Notes: generated by a model not told the origin, from the sequence alone. DNA of 32,000 nt from Candidatus Saccharimonadota bacterium (GCA_002688505.1 CP024013.1:1-32000); one strand, 5' to 3'. Shown: positions 12,332 through 24,608, numbered from the stretch's first letter. Numbers and translations: made by a program.

Positions 12332-14233
12332 TTAATTATTATAAATAAAATTACAAAATAAATCATTAATAATATTTACAAAATTTACAGAATTTTCTAA
12401 AGAATTACTTTCTATTAAATAAGCCTGATAATACATAAATTTAATTCATTTTTTAAATAAATTTTCATCTTTAACATTTTTAATATATTTTATTAAAATA
12501 TGATTAATATTTATATCAAAATAATATTTAATTTTAGGTATATCTTTACCAGTAGATTTTAATAATTTTAACATTTGAGTACTAATATCATTAGAATCAG
12601 TTACTAAAACTACAGGAAATTTTTCTATACGATCAGTTATTCTAACATCTTTAATATATTTAGATAAAACATCTTTAATTCTATTAATAAATAATTTATT
12701 ATCATCATTATCATATAAAGATGTATTTATTAAATTAGATTTATTATTATTTGTAACTAAAATATTATCTAAATTATTAATATTATTTCTATTTATTGAA
12801 CAAAAACTAATACCTTTAAAATCAGTTAGATAATTCATCATTCATTCATCAATTTTATCTACCATTAATAAAACTTCAATATCATTTTTTAAATATATCT
12901 CTAAATGAGGACTATTTTTAGATGAAATATAATTCTCAGATGTAATATAAAATATTTTATCTTGTCCTATTTTCATTCTTGAAATATAATCTTCTAAAGA
13001 TATAAAAATATCTTTATTAAATTTAGATGAATTAAATCTTAATAAAGAAGATATTTTATATTTATCTATATTATTATCTGCTAGACCTTCTTTAAGAACA
13101 ACACCAAACTTTTTTCAAAAAATATTATATTTTTTATTATTTATTGATAATTTTTCTAACATTTTAAAAATTCTATTAGTTAAACTAATCTTAATTTTTT
13201 TTAAAAAAATATTATCTTGTAAAATTTCTCTTGATACATTTAATGGTAAATCATTAGTATCTAAAATACCTTGTACAAAACGAAAACAATATGGTAATAA
13301 ATCTTTAATATTATCCATAATAAATATTTTATTAACATATAATTTTAAACAAATTTTGTATTCATCTCTATTTCAAATATTTCAAGGTGAAGTATCAGGT
13401 ATATATAATAAACTAATATAATTTTGAGAACCTTCTACTTTATTATGTGATCATATTAAAGGATTACCTAAATTATTAGTTAAATTATAATAAAAATTTT
13501 TATAATCTTTTTTACTTATATCATTCTTATTTTTTAATCAAATAGCATTATATAAATTTATCTTTTTTCATATATATTTCTTTTTATCTTTATCAAACTC
13601 TTTATACTCTATAGGAAAATCAATATAATTAGAATATTTATTAATTATAGAAATTAAATTATTTTTATTTAAAAATTCTTTACAAGAATCTTTAATATAT
13701 AAAATTATATCAGTTCCATTATTTTTCTTATATAAATTACTTATAAAAAATTTACCATCTCCTTTAGAAGATCATAAAATTGAATTATTACTATTTTCTT
13801 CAAAAATTGATTTAGTATGTACTTTAACTTTATTAGAAACCATAAAACAAGAATAAAATCCTACACCAAATTTACCTATTAAATTTTTATTTAAAGATTT
13901 ATTATCATTTAAATTTTTTAAAAATTTTTTAGTACCAGATTTAGCTATTGTTCCTAAATTATTTATAACTTCATCATAATTCATTCCTATACCATTATCT
14001 CTAATAATCAATTTATTACCTTCAAAAAATAATCTAATATAAAAATTATCATCAAATTTTATATCTTTATTTTTATTAGCAACTAAATTAAATCTTAATT
14101 TATCTATAGCATCAGAAGCATTAGATATAAGTTCCCTTAAAAATATTTCTTTATTAGAATAAAGAGAATTAATCATTAACTTTAATAATTCATTTACCTC
14201 TGACTTAAATATAAATTTCTTTTTTACATTCAT
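12332..14233 (-). CDS. htpG: Chaperone HtpG (Hsp90) (633 aa)
   Basis: Track ORFs 13772..14233, 13115..13318 and 12446..12841 are in one frame. N-terminus is FKSEVNELLKLMINSLYSNKEIFLRELISNASDAIDKLRF...IRDNGIGM...GKFGVGFYS (GHKL ATPase). Middle segment is DLPLNVSREILQ. Stop is TAA at 12332-12334, 4 nt before the adk ATG. Confidence 0.95.
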
Positions 14234-14331
14234 AAAATTTAATACCTATTAATATTTTTTAAAATTTTAATATAAAATTAATTAAATATAAATATATAAA
14301 AAATATATTTTATTATAAAATATAATATATA

Positions 14332-15444
14332 CTAACTAATAATTTTATTTTTATTATAAAAAATACATTTAAAAATTAAATATTCAAAAAATATTTTTTT
14401 ATCATAAAAATTAATTAAGTTATTTCTATTCAAAAAAAATATTTTATAATAAAAATTTATATCATTTATATTAACTAACTTACATAATTCAATTATTTTA
14501 AATCTATAATTACTATCAACAAAATCTATACTATAACAATTAAAATTAGGAATAACTTTAAATAATAATAATTTATATAATTTATCTAAAATATTAGATA
14601 TTATATATTCATAATCAATATTTTTATTTAAAAATATATTTAAATAAAATATAATTTTTTTATAATTTATTAAAAATAAATATTTTAAAAAGGAAAATAT
14701 ATATTTATCTTCTATTCTATTTAAAAAAAAATTAGTATTTTTTAATGTTATATTATTATCAAAAAGAGATAACTGATCTAATAAAATTAAAGCATCTCTT
14801 AAACTTCCATTAGAATATATTGAAATTAATTTTAAAGCTTTAATATCATATTTAAATAATTCTTTATCAGATATATAAATTAACCTATTAAAAATTTCAT
14901 TAATATTTAATGGTTTTAAATTAAAACATATACATCTTGATAATATAGTATCAGGTATTTTATTAAATTCAGTAGTTGCTAAAATAAATTTTACATATTT
15001 AGGAGGCTCCTCAAAAATTTTTAATAAAGCATTAAAACTATAACGAGATAACATATGAACTTCATCAATAATATATATTTTATACTTCATAGATATAGGT
15101 AAATAATAAATATTATCTAAAATATCTTTAATATCTTCTATTTTTGATTTAGAAGCAGCATCAATCTCTATAACATCTGATGATCTACCTTTATCAATAT
15201 ATAAACAATTTAAACAATTTAAACAAGAATTTCCATTTAAACTATTAATACAATTTAAACTTTTAGATAATAATTTAGATAAACTAGTTTTACCTACTCC
15301 CTTTGGACCATAAAATAAATATGTTGTATAAATTTTATTATTTTTTAAACTATTTAAAATACTTTTAATTACATTTTTATTTCCAACAAAATCTTTAAAT
15401 GATTTTGGTCTTCACTTTATAGGTAAAATTTTATAAACATTCAT
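14332..15444 (-). CDS. dnaX: DNA polymerase III clamp-loader subunit DnaX, short (gamma-length, 370 aa)
   Basis: The track ORF extends 5' to ATG 15442-15444: MNVYKILPIKW(TGA)RPKSFKDFVGNK...YLFYGPKGVGKTS...LNCINSLNGNSCLNCLNC (Zn module)...IEIDAAS...YIIDEVHMLS...LLKIFEEPP...SRC. Stop is TAG at 14332-14334. Confidence 0.9.
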
Positions 15445-15539
15445 ATTAAAATAATAAATATAAATAAAAAATAAATTAAATTATAATTTTAAAATATATA
15501 TTTAAAAAATTAAATATATTTAATTTAAAAAATTAATAA

Positions 15540-18062
15540 TTAAAAATTTAAATAATTATTACTAAAATTTAAATTTATTAAAAATTCACTTAATTTTTTA
15601 ATATTATTAGGTAATAAAAATAATATTTTAATAATTTCAATATAAAAATTATTTAACATTTTATTAAAAATTTTAAAAGACTCAAGTTTATATTCTTGAA
15701 GAGGATCTTTCTGTGCATAACTTCTTAAATGTATATAATCTCTTAAATTATTAATATAATATAAATATTCTCTTCAATAAAAATCTAATGTTTTTAAAAT
15801 TATATCTTTTTGTAAATTCATAAATAAATTAATACCTAATTTATTTTGCTTTTCATAATATAATTTAATTAAATTATTAATAATTAATTTTTTAAAATTA
15901 TAATATATTTTTTGTTTAAAATAAAAAATCTTTAAATTATAATTAAAATATTTATATATAATATTTTTTATTTTATTATAACTTAATAAATAATTATTTT
16001 GATTAAATATTTTAAATTTATCATTAATAATTTTATATATAATTTTTTCTATTTTAGAATTTAAATTCTTAGAAAATAAAATTTTATCTCTATTAAAATA
16101 TATAATTTTTCTTTGATCATTAATAATATTATCATATTCTAATAAATGTTTTCTTATTTCAAAATTTCTATTTTCAATTTTTCTCTGAGCATTTTCAATA
16201 GATTTATTAATTCAAGGATGTTCAATTGATTCATTTTTATTTAAATTAATATTCTTCATAAAATTTATTACATTATTTGGTATAAAAATACTCATTAAAG
16301 AATCATCTAAAGAAATATAAAATCTAGAAGAACCAGGATCTCCTTGTCTGCCTGATCTTCCTCTTAACTGATCATCTATTCTCCTAGATTCATGTCTTTC
16401 AGAACCTATAATATGTAAACCACCTAATTTTTTAACTAAAAAATTATTAAATATTCATTTCTTTTTAAAATATTTAATATCTTTAATATTATCTAACAAA
16501 TTAATTTTATCTAAATAATTACCACCTAAAACTATATCAGTACCTCTACCTGCCATATTAGTTGCTATCGTTACAGAACCTAACTTACCAGCTTTAGAAA
16601 TTATTTTAGCTTCAAATTTATGATATTTAGCATTTAAAATTTTATGTTTAATTCCTATTTTCTTTAATTCACTAGAAATAAATTCAGACTTATCAATTGA
16701 TACTGTTCCTAGTAATATAGGTTGTTTCTTCATATGTCTTATTTTAATATCTTTAATAATAGATTTAATTTTAGAATCTTCATCTAAATATATTAAATCA
16801 GTTAAATCATTTCTAATTATAGGTTTATTAGTAGGTACTAAATAAGTATTTAACTTATAAATAGTACTAAATTCTAATGATTCACTAATAGCAGTTCCTG
16901 ACATACCTGATAATTTTTCATATAATCTAAAATAATTTTGATATGTTATTGAAGATAAAATTTTATTATCATTTTTTACAGAAACATTTTCCTTAACTTC
17001 AATAGCTTGATGTAATCCATTAGATCATCTTCTATCATCAACCATTCTTCCAGTAAATTCATCAATTATAATAACATTATTATTCTTAACTAAATAATCA
17101 ATATTTTTTTTAAATAAATAATAAGCTTTTAATAATAATATTACACAATCAATAATATTAATATTATCAATATTATAAGAAAAATTTTTATTTTTAATAA
17201 TATTAAACTTAATTAATAAATTTTCAATTTTATCAATACCTTTTTCAGTTAAAAAAATATTTTTTGATTTATAATCAATTATAAAATCACCATTAATTAA
17301 TTTATTATTATAATTTATATCTAAATATGGAATAATTTTATTAATTTTAAAAAAAATATTATTATTTAAATTATTATAATCAGAAATTATTAATGGATTT
17401 CTAGATTCATCTATTAAAATAGAATCTACCTCATCTAAAATAGCAAAATTTAAATATTTTCTTTGAACTATTTCATCTTTATTAAGAGACATCTTATCTC
17501 TTAAATAATCAAAAACATATTCATTATTAGTAGAATAAGTTATATCACATAAATAAGATTTTTTTTTATCTATTAAAGACATATTAGGTAAATTTAATCC
17601 TACAGTTAAACCCAAAAAATTAAATAATTTACTACTATAAATTGCATCTCTTTTTGCTAGATATTCATTAACAGTTACCATATGAACACCTTTACCATAT
17701 AATGAATTTAAATAAGCAGGTAACGTAGAAGTAATAGTTTTACCTTCACCAGTCTTCATTTCAGCTATATTTCCATCATTTAAAATTATAGCACCTAATA
17801 ATTGAACATTAAACAATCTAATATTAAAAACTCTTTTTATAGCTTCTTTAATATTAGCAAAAACAAAATGCAAAATATTATTAATATTTTTACCAGATAA
17901 TAAATAATCTTTATATTTAAAAGTATTATTTTTCAAATCATTATCACTAAAATTAATAAAATAATTTTCTAAACTATTAATTTTATTAATTATATTTTGC
18001 ATATAAATAAATTTTTTACTAATATTTCTATTGTAAATATACGAAAAAAATTTAGTAAACAT
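15540..18062 (-). CDS. secA: Preprotein translocase ATPase SecA (840 aa)
   Basis: Track ORFs 17025..18062 and 16455..16904 plus a 3' extension, all in one frame with only TGA interruptions. I scanned 15540-16454 codon by codon. Motifs: [99 protein letters not shown]. Stop is TAA at 15540-15542. The protein ends before the C-terminal Zn-finger/SecB-binding tail of E. coli SecA. Confidence 0.95.
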
Positions 18063-18150
18063 ATTTAAAATATAAAAATTTATTCTTTAAAATATAATAT
18101 ATAATATATATAAAACAATTATAATATAATTTTAAATTTAATACACTAAA

Positions 18151-18458
18151 ATGATAAAAAAAAACCTAAATTAATTATTGAAATATTTAATAAAAATAAT
18201 TTAAATAATCTAAAAAAATTAATAAAAAAATATAAAAAAATAAAAATATTTAATAAATTAATAAAAAAAATAATACCAAAATATTTTAAAAAACAATTTA
18301 ATATTTTAAATATAACTAAAAATAATATATTAATAGAAACATGTAATATAAATAATAAAATATACTTAAAACAAAATATGAAAAAAATAATAAAAAAATT
18401 AAAAATAAAAAATATAAAATATATTTTTATAAAAATAAATCCAAATCTTAAAATTTAA
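18151..18458 (+). CDS. Small basic protein, tentatively DciA/DUF721-like; needs a +1 A in an A9 run or a non-ATG start
   Basis: Frame 3 is open from 18150 to TAA 18456-18458 (about 102 codons), which is improbable by chance in DNA this rich in TAA. Translation: PKLIIEIFNKNNLNNLKKLIKKYKKIKIFNKLIKKIIPKYFKKQFNILNITKNNILIETCNINNKIYLKQNMKKIIKKLKIKNIKYIFIKINPNLKI. The spacing pattern (L..L...LP......C.V....G.L.L.......LR......L..L......I.FKV.P) matches my memory of gammaproteobacterial DciA. The only upstream ATG (18151) is in frame 1 and hits TAA after 7 codons. The A9 run at 18156-18164 separates the two frames. The ORF is absent from the supplied track. Confidence 0.35.
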
Positions 18459-18499
18459 ATAATTTAATTATAAAAAATATTTATATAAAATTAATAATA

Positions 18500-19438
18500 T
18501 TAAACAATCTTTTTAGATAACCTTAAAATAGAACTTCTTATTCTATTATTTAATAAAATATCCTTATATAAAGGTTTAAATTTACCTAAATTTAACATTT
18601 TAATAAAATTAAACTTTTTTATTTGATTTAAAGTTAAAGGTAAATCTTCTAATAAAGAATAATTATAATTACTTTTATAATTAATAAAATTTTTTACTAT
18701 TCTATCTTCTAAAGAATTAAAACTTATTACTAATAACCTACCACCTTTTGATAAAATATTATAAGCAGAATTTAAACCTTTCTTTAAATTATTTAATTCA
18801 TTATTAATAAATATACGTATTGCTTGAAATGTTCTAGTCGATTTATTTTTATAAAATTTTTTACAATAAACAACTTTATTAATAATATTACATAGATCCA
18901 TAGTATTTCTAAACTTATTTTTTTTTCTCTCAAAAACTATTTGAGAAGCTATTTTTTTAGCAAAAAATTCTTCACCAAATTTTTTAATAACATTATAAAT
19001 ATTAACTTTACTAGCATTATTTAATCAATAACTAGCTTTAATACCAATGTTTTGATTCATTCTCATATCTAAAGGACCATTTTTTTTAAAAGAAAAACCA
19101 CGTAGTGGATTATCTAATTGATAAGAAGATATTCCTAAATCAAAAATTATACCATTAATTTTATTAAATAAAGAAAATTTATTTATATAAAATTCTAAAT
19201 TAGAAAAATTATCATTTATAATTACAAAACGTTTATCATTTATAATATATTTAGATAATATTACAGATTGAGGATCTATATCAAAAGCAATTAGCCTTCC
19301 TTTAGGACTTAAATTATTTAATATTTTAATTGAATGACCACCACAACCAAAAGTACAATCTATATATATCCCATTAGGTTTAACCTTTAATAATTTAACT
19401 ATATCATTTAAAAAAGCTGAATTATGATTTACAAACAT
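18500..19438 (-). CDS. rsmH: 16S rRNA (cytosine1402-N4)-methyltransferase RsmH/MraW (312 aa)
   Basis: Track ORFs 19025..19438 and 18500..18901 are in one frame, joined via TGA. Motifs: [63 protein letters not shown]. Stop is TAA at 18500-18502. Confidence 0.9.
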
Positions 19439-19529
19439 AATATTAAAATAATATATAATAATAATTTATAATAATATAAAATATATATATAATACAATAT
19501 TTTAATAAAAATAAAATAATTATAATAAA

Positions 19530-20282
19530 ATGAAAAAAATAATAATATGTAATTGAAAACTTAATGGTAATAAAAAATTTATAAAAAAATATATAAAAAT
19601 ATTAAAAAAAAATAAAAAATTATATAAAAATAATAAAATATCTATATCACCTCCAATAATATATATGGATTATACTAATAAATTAATTAAAAATACTAAT
19701 ATATCTTTAACTTCACAAAATGTAGATATTAATTTAAAAGGTTCTTTTACTGGAGAAATATCTGCAAAAATGTTAAAAAAAATTAATACAAAATATATAA
19801 TAATAGGACATTCAGAAAGAAGATTATATCATAAAGAAAAAAATAATATTTTATTAAAAAAAATAATTATAACTAAAAAAGTAAATATAACACCAATAAT
19901 TTGTATAGGAGAAAACATAAATGATTATAATTTAAAAATAAGTGAAAAAATATGTAAAAAACAATTAAAATACTTTATTAAAAAAAAAGGAATAAAAATA
20001 TTTGAAAATATAATAATAGCATATGAACCTATATGATCTATAGGAACAGGAAAAAATGCAAGTATTAAACATATAAATAAAATAAATAAAACAATAAGAA
20101 AATATATAAATAATAAAAATAAAAAAATTAAAAATAAATTTAAAATTATATATGGAGGATCTGTAAATAAAAATAATGCTAATAAAATATTTAATCTAAA
20201 AAATATAGATGGCTTATTAATAGGTAAATCATCAATAAATATAAATGAATTCTTAAAAATTATAAAAAATATAAATAAATAA
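19530..20282 (+). CDS. tpiA: Triosephosphate isomerase (250 aa)
   Basis: MKKIIICNW(TGA)KLNGN, IIGHSERR, ICIGE, IIAYEPIW(TGA 20034-20036)SIGTGKNA, IIYGGSVN. Start is ATG 19530 and stop is TAA at 20280-20282. Confidence 0.95.
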
Positions 20283-20355
20283 AAATTTAATATAATATAT
20301 AATATAAATAAAATATATTAATTTTAAAAATTAAATAAAAAAAATTATATAAAAT

Positions 20356-20571
20356 TTAAAATTTTAAATTAATATTTTTAAAACGTTTTCTTAAAATATC
20401 TATTCTACCTTTAGAATTAGAAATTTTTTGTTTACCTGTATAAAAAGAATGACATTTATAACAAACATCAATAGAAAATTTATTTTTTAAAGTAGAATAT
20501 ATAACTATATTATTACCACATGAACAATTAATATATAACTTATATATATTAGGATGTATTTTTTTTTTCAT
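20356..20571 (-). CDS. rpmE: 50S ribosomal protein L31 (71 aa)
   Basis: MKKKIHPNIYKL...CSCGN...CYKCHSFYTGKQK...GRIDILRKRF. It is divergent from priA as in E. coli. Confidence 0.95.
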   Translation of the reverse strand: MKKKIHPNIYKLYINCSCGNNIVIYSTLKNKFSIDVCYKCHSFYTGKQKISNSKGRIDILRKRFKNINLKF

Positions 20572-20611
20572 ATATTAAAATATTGACAAAATTATTATTT
20601 TAAATAATACC

Positions 20612-22387
20612 ATGTTTATATTAAAAATAATAGTACCAATTAATAAAATTAAAAATTTATTTTATAAAACAAAATATATAAAAAATTTAGAAATAGGTTC
20701 AAGAGTATTAGTACAATTAAAAAAACAAATAATTACAGGTATAATAATAAATATATATAAAAATAAAATAATAAAAAATATAAATCTAAAAAAAATTATT
20801 AAAGTAATAGATAAAAAATTTCTACTAAATAAAAAAATATTTAAATTAATTAAATTAACAAGTAAATATTATCACTACCCTTTTAAAGAATTAATATTTA
20901 AATTAATACCAAAAAATAAAAATTATATTATTTCAAAATATATAAAAAAATCAAATAATAATAAAATTAAAAAAAAAAAATCAAAAATATCATTACTAAC
21001 AAAATATAATAAATCAATAAAAATAAAATTTATTTTAAAAATAATAAAAAAAAATATAAAAAAAAATTTACAAATTTTAATATTAAGCCCAAATATAAAA
21101 ATATTATACAATATATTTAATATTATAAATAAAAAAATTAAAAAAAAAATTGATATAATACATTCAAAAATTAATAAAAATAAAATTATTAATATATGAG
21201 AAAAAACCAAAAAAAATTATACTAATATAGTAATAGGAACAAGATCATCTATTTTTACTCCATTTAATAATTTAGGACTTATAATAATTCTAGAAGAACA
21301 TAACTATTTATATAATGAATATAAAAAAAATATATATAATGCAAAAAATTTATCAATAATACGATCAATAATAGAAAAAAATAATATAATTTTAGAATCA
21401 AACACTCCATCAATAAAAACTCTTTATTATATTAAAAAAAAAAAATATAATTTAATAAAAATTAAAAAATATAAAAAAATAAAACTAAAAAATAAAATTT
21501 ATATACTTAATAATAAAAATAAAAATAAAATTATTAAATATATTAAAAAAAATATAATAAAAAATAAAAAAATATTAATTATAACTAATAAAATTTTTAT
21601 TAAATATAAAATAAAATGTAAAAAATGTAAATATTTTCAATATAATTGTAAAAATTGTAATAATATTTTAATACTTAAAAATAAATTTAAAAATAAATGT
21701 ATATATTGTAAAAAATTAAATTTCGTAAAAAAAAAATGTAATAAATGTAATAATAATCTAATATTTAAAAAAAATAAATTTATAAAATATATTAAAAAAA
21801 ATTTTTATAATATATATAATAAAAATAATAAAATAAAAATAAAAAAATTAGTAAAAATATCAAATAATTTTACTAATTATAATAAAAAAATAAAAATAAT
21901 AATTATAAATAATATAGATAAATATTTAATATCAGAAAATTATAAATCTATAGAAATATTTATAAAAAAATATTTTATATTTTTAGAAAAATATAATAAT
22001 AAAAAAAAAATAATATTTAAAACTAAATATCCTAATCATTATATATTTAAACAAATTAAAAAAAATAATTATAAAAAAATTATATTAAATATAATAAAAG
22101 AAAGAAAAATTATAAAATATCCTCCTTATTCATATGAATCTATTATAAGATTTGAAGAAAATAAAAATATATTACTATTATGAAAAAATATTAAAAATAT
22201 AATTAAAAAATATAAAAATTTAATTAAAATTAATATTTTTTCAAAAAATAAAAATAACTATTTTTATAAATATAAATGAAATATAATAATACAAAGTAAA
22301 TTACAAAAAAATTTACATAAATTTATAAAAAATATATTAATAAATATAAAAAAATTTAATATTAAATATAAACTAGAAATAAATTAA
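20612..22387 (+). CDS. priA: Primosomal protein N' (PriA), with degenerate helicase motifs (591 aa)
   Basis: The N-terminal 3'-DNA-binding domain pattern is present (IVPINK...Y....NLEIGSRVLVQLKKQIITGII...KKIIKVIDKKFLLNKKIFKLIKLTSKYYHYPFKELIFKLIP). VIGTRSSIFTPFNNLGLIIILEEH matches E. coli [24 protein letters not shown]. Four CxxC pairs are present: CKKCKYFQYNCKNCNN...CIYCKK...CNKCNN. The C-terminal PPYSYESIIRFE matches LPPWTSHVIVRAE. It continues through TGA 21197-21199 and others to TAA 22385-22387. Confidence 0.85.
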
Positions 22388-22397
22388 TAAATATTTA

Positions 22398-22673
22398 CTA
22401 AAAACAAATAAAAATTTTATTAGATAAACAACATATATCAGAAACTTGTTTGTTTAAACCCTTAGGAAATAAATTAAATAATAAAAAACTATTATAAATA
22501 TGTTTTTTATTATTTAAATACTGTAAAAGTATTTTGCTATTAGGCAACAAACCATTTTTATTATAAAAGTTTCTATAAAAATATATAATCTTTCAATGAA
22601 TTTTTTGTAATATTAATCCTTGTTTTTTAGCTATTTTTATAGCTATTTTTTCACTCCAATTCTTACTATTCAT
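22398..22673 (-). CDS. tusE: Sulfurtransferase TusE / DsrC-family protein (91 aa)
   Basis: Not in the track because it is split by TGA. Translation: MNSKNWSEKIAIKIAKKQGLILQKIHW(TGA)KIIYFYRNFYNKNGLLPNSKILLQYL...LFNLFPKGLNKQVSDICCLSNKIFICF. It parallels E. coli TusE (WSE..A..IA..EGI.L...HWEV..F.R.FY......P........LF PKGPAKQATKIAGLPKP.KCI), including the penultimate Cys. It uses both TGG and TGA for Trp. Stop is TAG at 22398-22400. Confidence 0.7.
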
Positions 22674-22697
22674 ATATATTTAAATTTAATAAATATT

Positions 22698-24047
22698 TTA
22701 TAAAATAAATTTACTTAAATCTTCATTAATAACTAAATCATTTAATTTAGATTCAACATATTTTCTATCTATAATAATTGTTTTATTATTATATTCTGTA
22801 GCATTAAAAGATATATCTTCCATTAATTTTTCTAAAACAGTATGTAATCTCCTAGCTCCTATATTTTCTGTATTTTCATTTATTTTTCAAGCTATATTAG
22901 CTATACATTTAATACCATCATTAGTAAAATTTATATTTACACCCTCAACACTTAATAAATTTTTATATTGTGAAGTTATTGAAACATTAGGTTCTATTAA
23001 TATTTTTTCAAAATCCTTAGGACTTAAAGAACTTAATTTAACTCTTATAGGAAATCTTCCTTGTAACTCTGGTATTAAATCTGATGGGCTACATAACTGA
23101 AAAGAACCAGATGCTATAAATAATATATAATCAGTTTTTACTACACCATATTTAGTTGAAACTGTACAACCTTCAACTAAAGGTAATAAATCTCTTTGAA
23201 CTCCTTCTCTTGAAACACCAGAATCTACCATTTGACCCCTTTTACAAATTTTATCAATTTCATCTATAAAAACAATACCTTGTTGTTCAACTAAATCTAT
23301 AGCAGTTTTTTTAATATCATCTAAATTTATTAATTTTGTAGACTCTTCCTCAATTAAAAAATTCATAGCATTCTTAATTTTTAATTTACGTATTTTCTTT
23401 TTCTGACCACTTAAATTTTGAAATATAGATTGTAATTGACTCGTCATTTCTTCCATACCTGGAGGTGACATTATTTCAATACCTAAAGTTGGTATAGATA
23501 CATTTATTTCTATTTCTTTATCATTATAATATCCATTACGTAATTTATTTAATAAAAATTTTTTAATAAAAATATTAGAGTTACTACTATCAATATTTTC
23601 ATTTATAAATTCTGATTTAATAAATTCACTATCATTAATTAATATATCTATAATTCTACTTTCAGCTAATATTTTAGCTTTCTTAATATTATTCTTTATA
23701 ACTTGATTTTTAATCATTTTAACTGCATAATCAGTTAAATCTCTTATTATTGAATCAACTTCTTTACCAACATAACCTACCTCAGTAAATTTAGTAGCTT
23801 CAACTTTAATAAAAGGAGAATTACTTAATTTAGCTAAACGACGTGCTATTTCTGTTTTACCTACTCCAGTAGAACCAATCATTAAAATATTTTTAGGAGT
23901 TATTTCACTCTTTAAATCATCATCTAATTGCATTCTTCTTCATCTATTTCTTAAAGCAATAGAAACAGCTTTTTTAGCATCACTTTGACTTACAATAAAT
24001 TTATCTAATTCATTAACTATCTCTTTAGGAGTCATTTCATTATACAT
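22698..24047 (-). CDS. hslU: ATP-dependent protease ATPase subunit HslU (449 aa)
   Basis: The track ORF extends 5' to ATG 24045-24047 ([36 protein letters not shown](TGA)RRMQL). It extends 3' through TGA 22887-22889 ([33 protein letters not shown]...DLSKFIL) to TAA 22698-22700. Walker A is [17 protein letters not shown]. The alignment to E. coli HslU is very close. Confidence 0.95.
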
Positions 24048-24062
24048 AAACAAAAACCTTAT

Positions 24063-24608
24063 TTATTTTAAAATATTATTATTTTTATAATATAATTTTT
24101 CTATAGTAAATTTATGATTAGTATATACACATATATCAGCTGCTATAAACAAAGATTTTTTTACTATATCAAAAGAATCTAAATCAGTATTTTCTATTAA
24201 AGCTTTTGCAGCCGAAAAAGCATAAGAACCACCACTTCCTATAGCTATCAAATCATTTTCTGGTTGAATAACATCTCCATTACCTGTAATAATTAAAGAA
24301 TGATTTATATCTGTTATTGCTAATAAAGCTTCTAATCTTCTTAGAATTTTGTCAGTTCTTCAATCTTTAGCTAATTCAACTGCCGATTTAATTATATGAC
24401 CTTGATACATTTCTAATTTTTTTTCAAAAAATTCAAATAAAGTAAAAGCATCAGCAGTACTACCAGCAAATCCAGCTATAACTTTATTATTATATAATTT
24501 TCTAACTTTTTTAACATTACCTTTAATAATTGTACTACCTAAAGTAGCTTGTCCATCTCCACCCATTACTACTAAATTTTTTTTTCTTACACTCAATATT
24601 GTAGTCAC
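24063..24608 (-). CDS. hslV: ATP-dependent protease peptidase subunit HslV (181 aa)
   Basis: (M)TTILSVRKK...[44 protein letters not shown]...AVELAKDW(TGA)[13 protein letters not shown]...[22 protein letters not shown]. The start codon is GTG (24606-24608), preceded by AAGGTG. Stop is TAA at 24063-24065. Confidence 0.95.

Noticed and set aside
20923-21210. 95-aa minus-strand ORF
   Set aside because: It is antisense within priA and is a Phe/Ile-rich shadow ORF.
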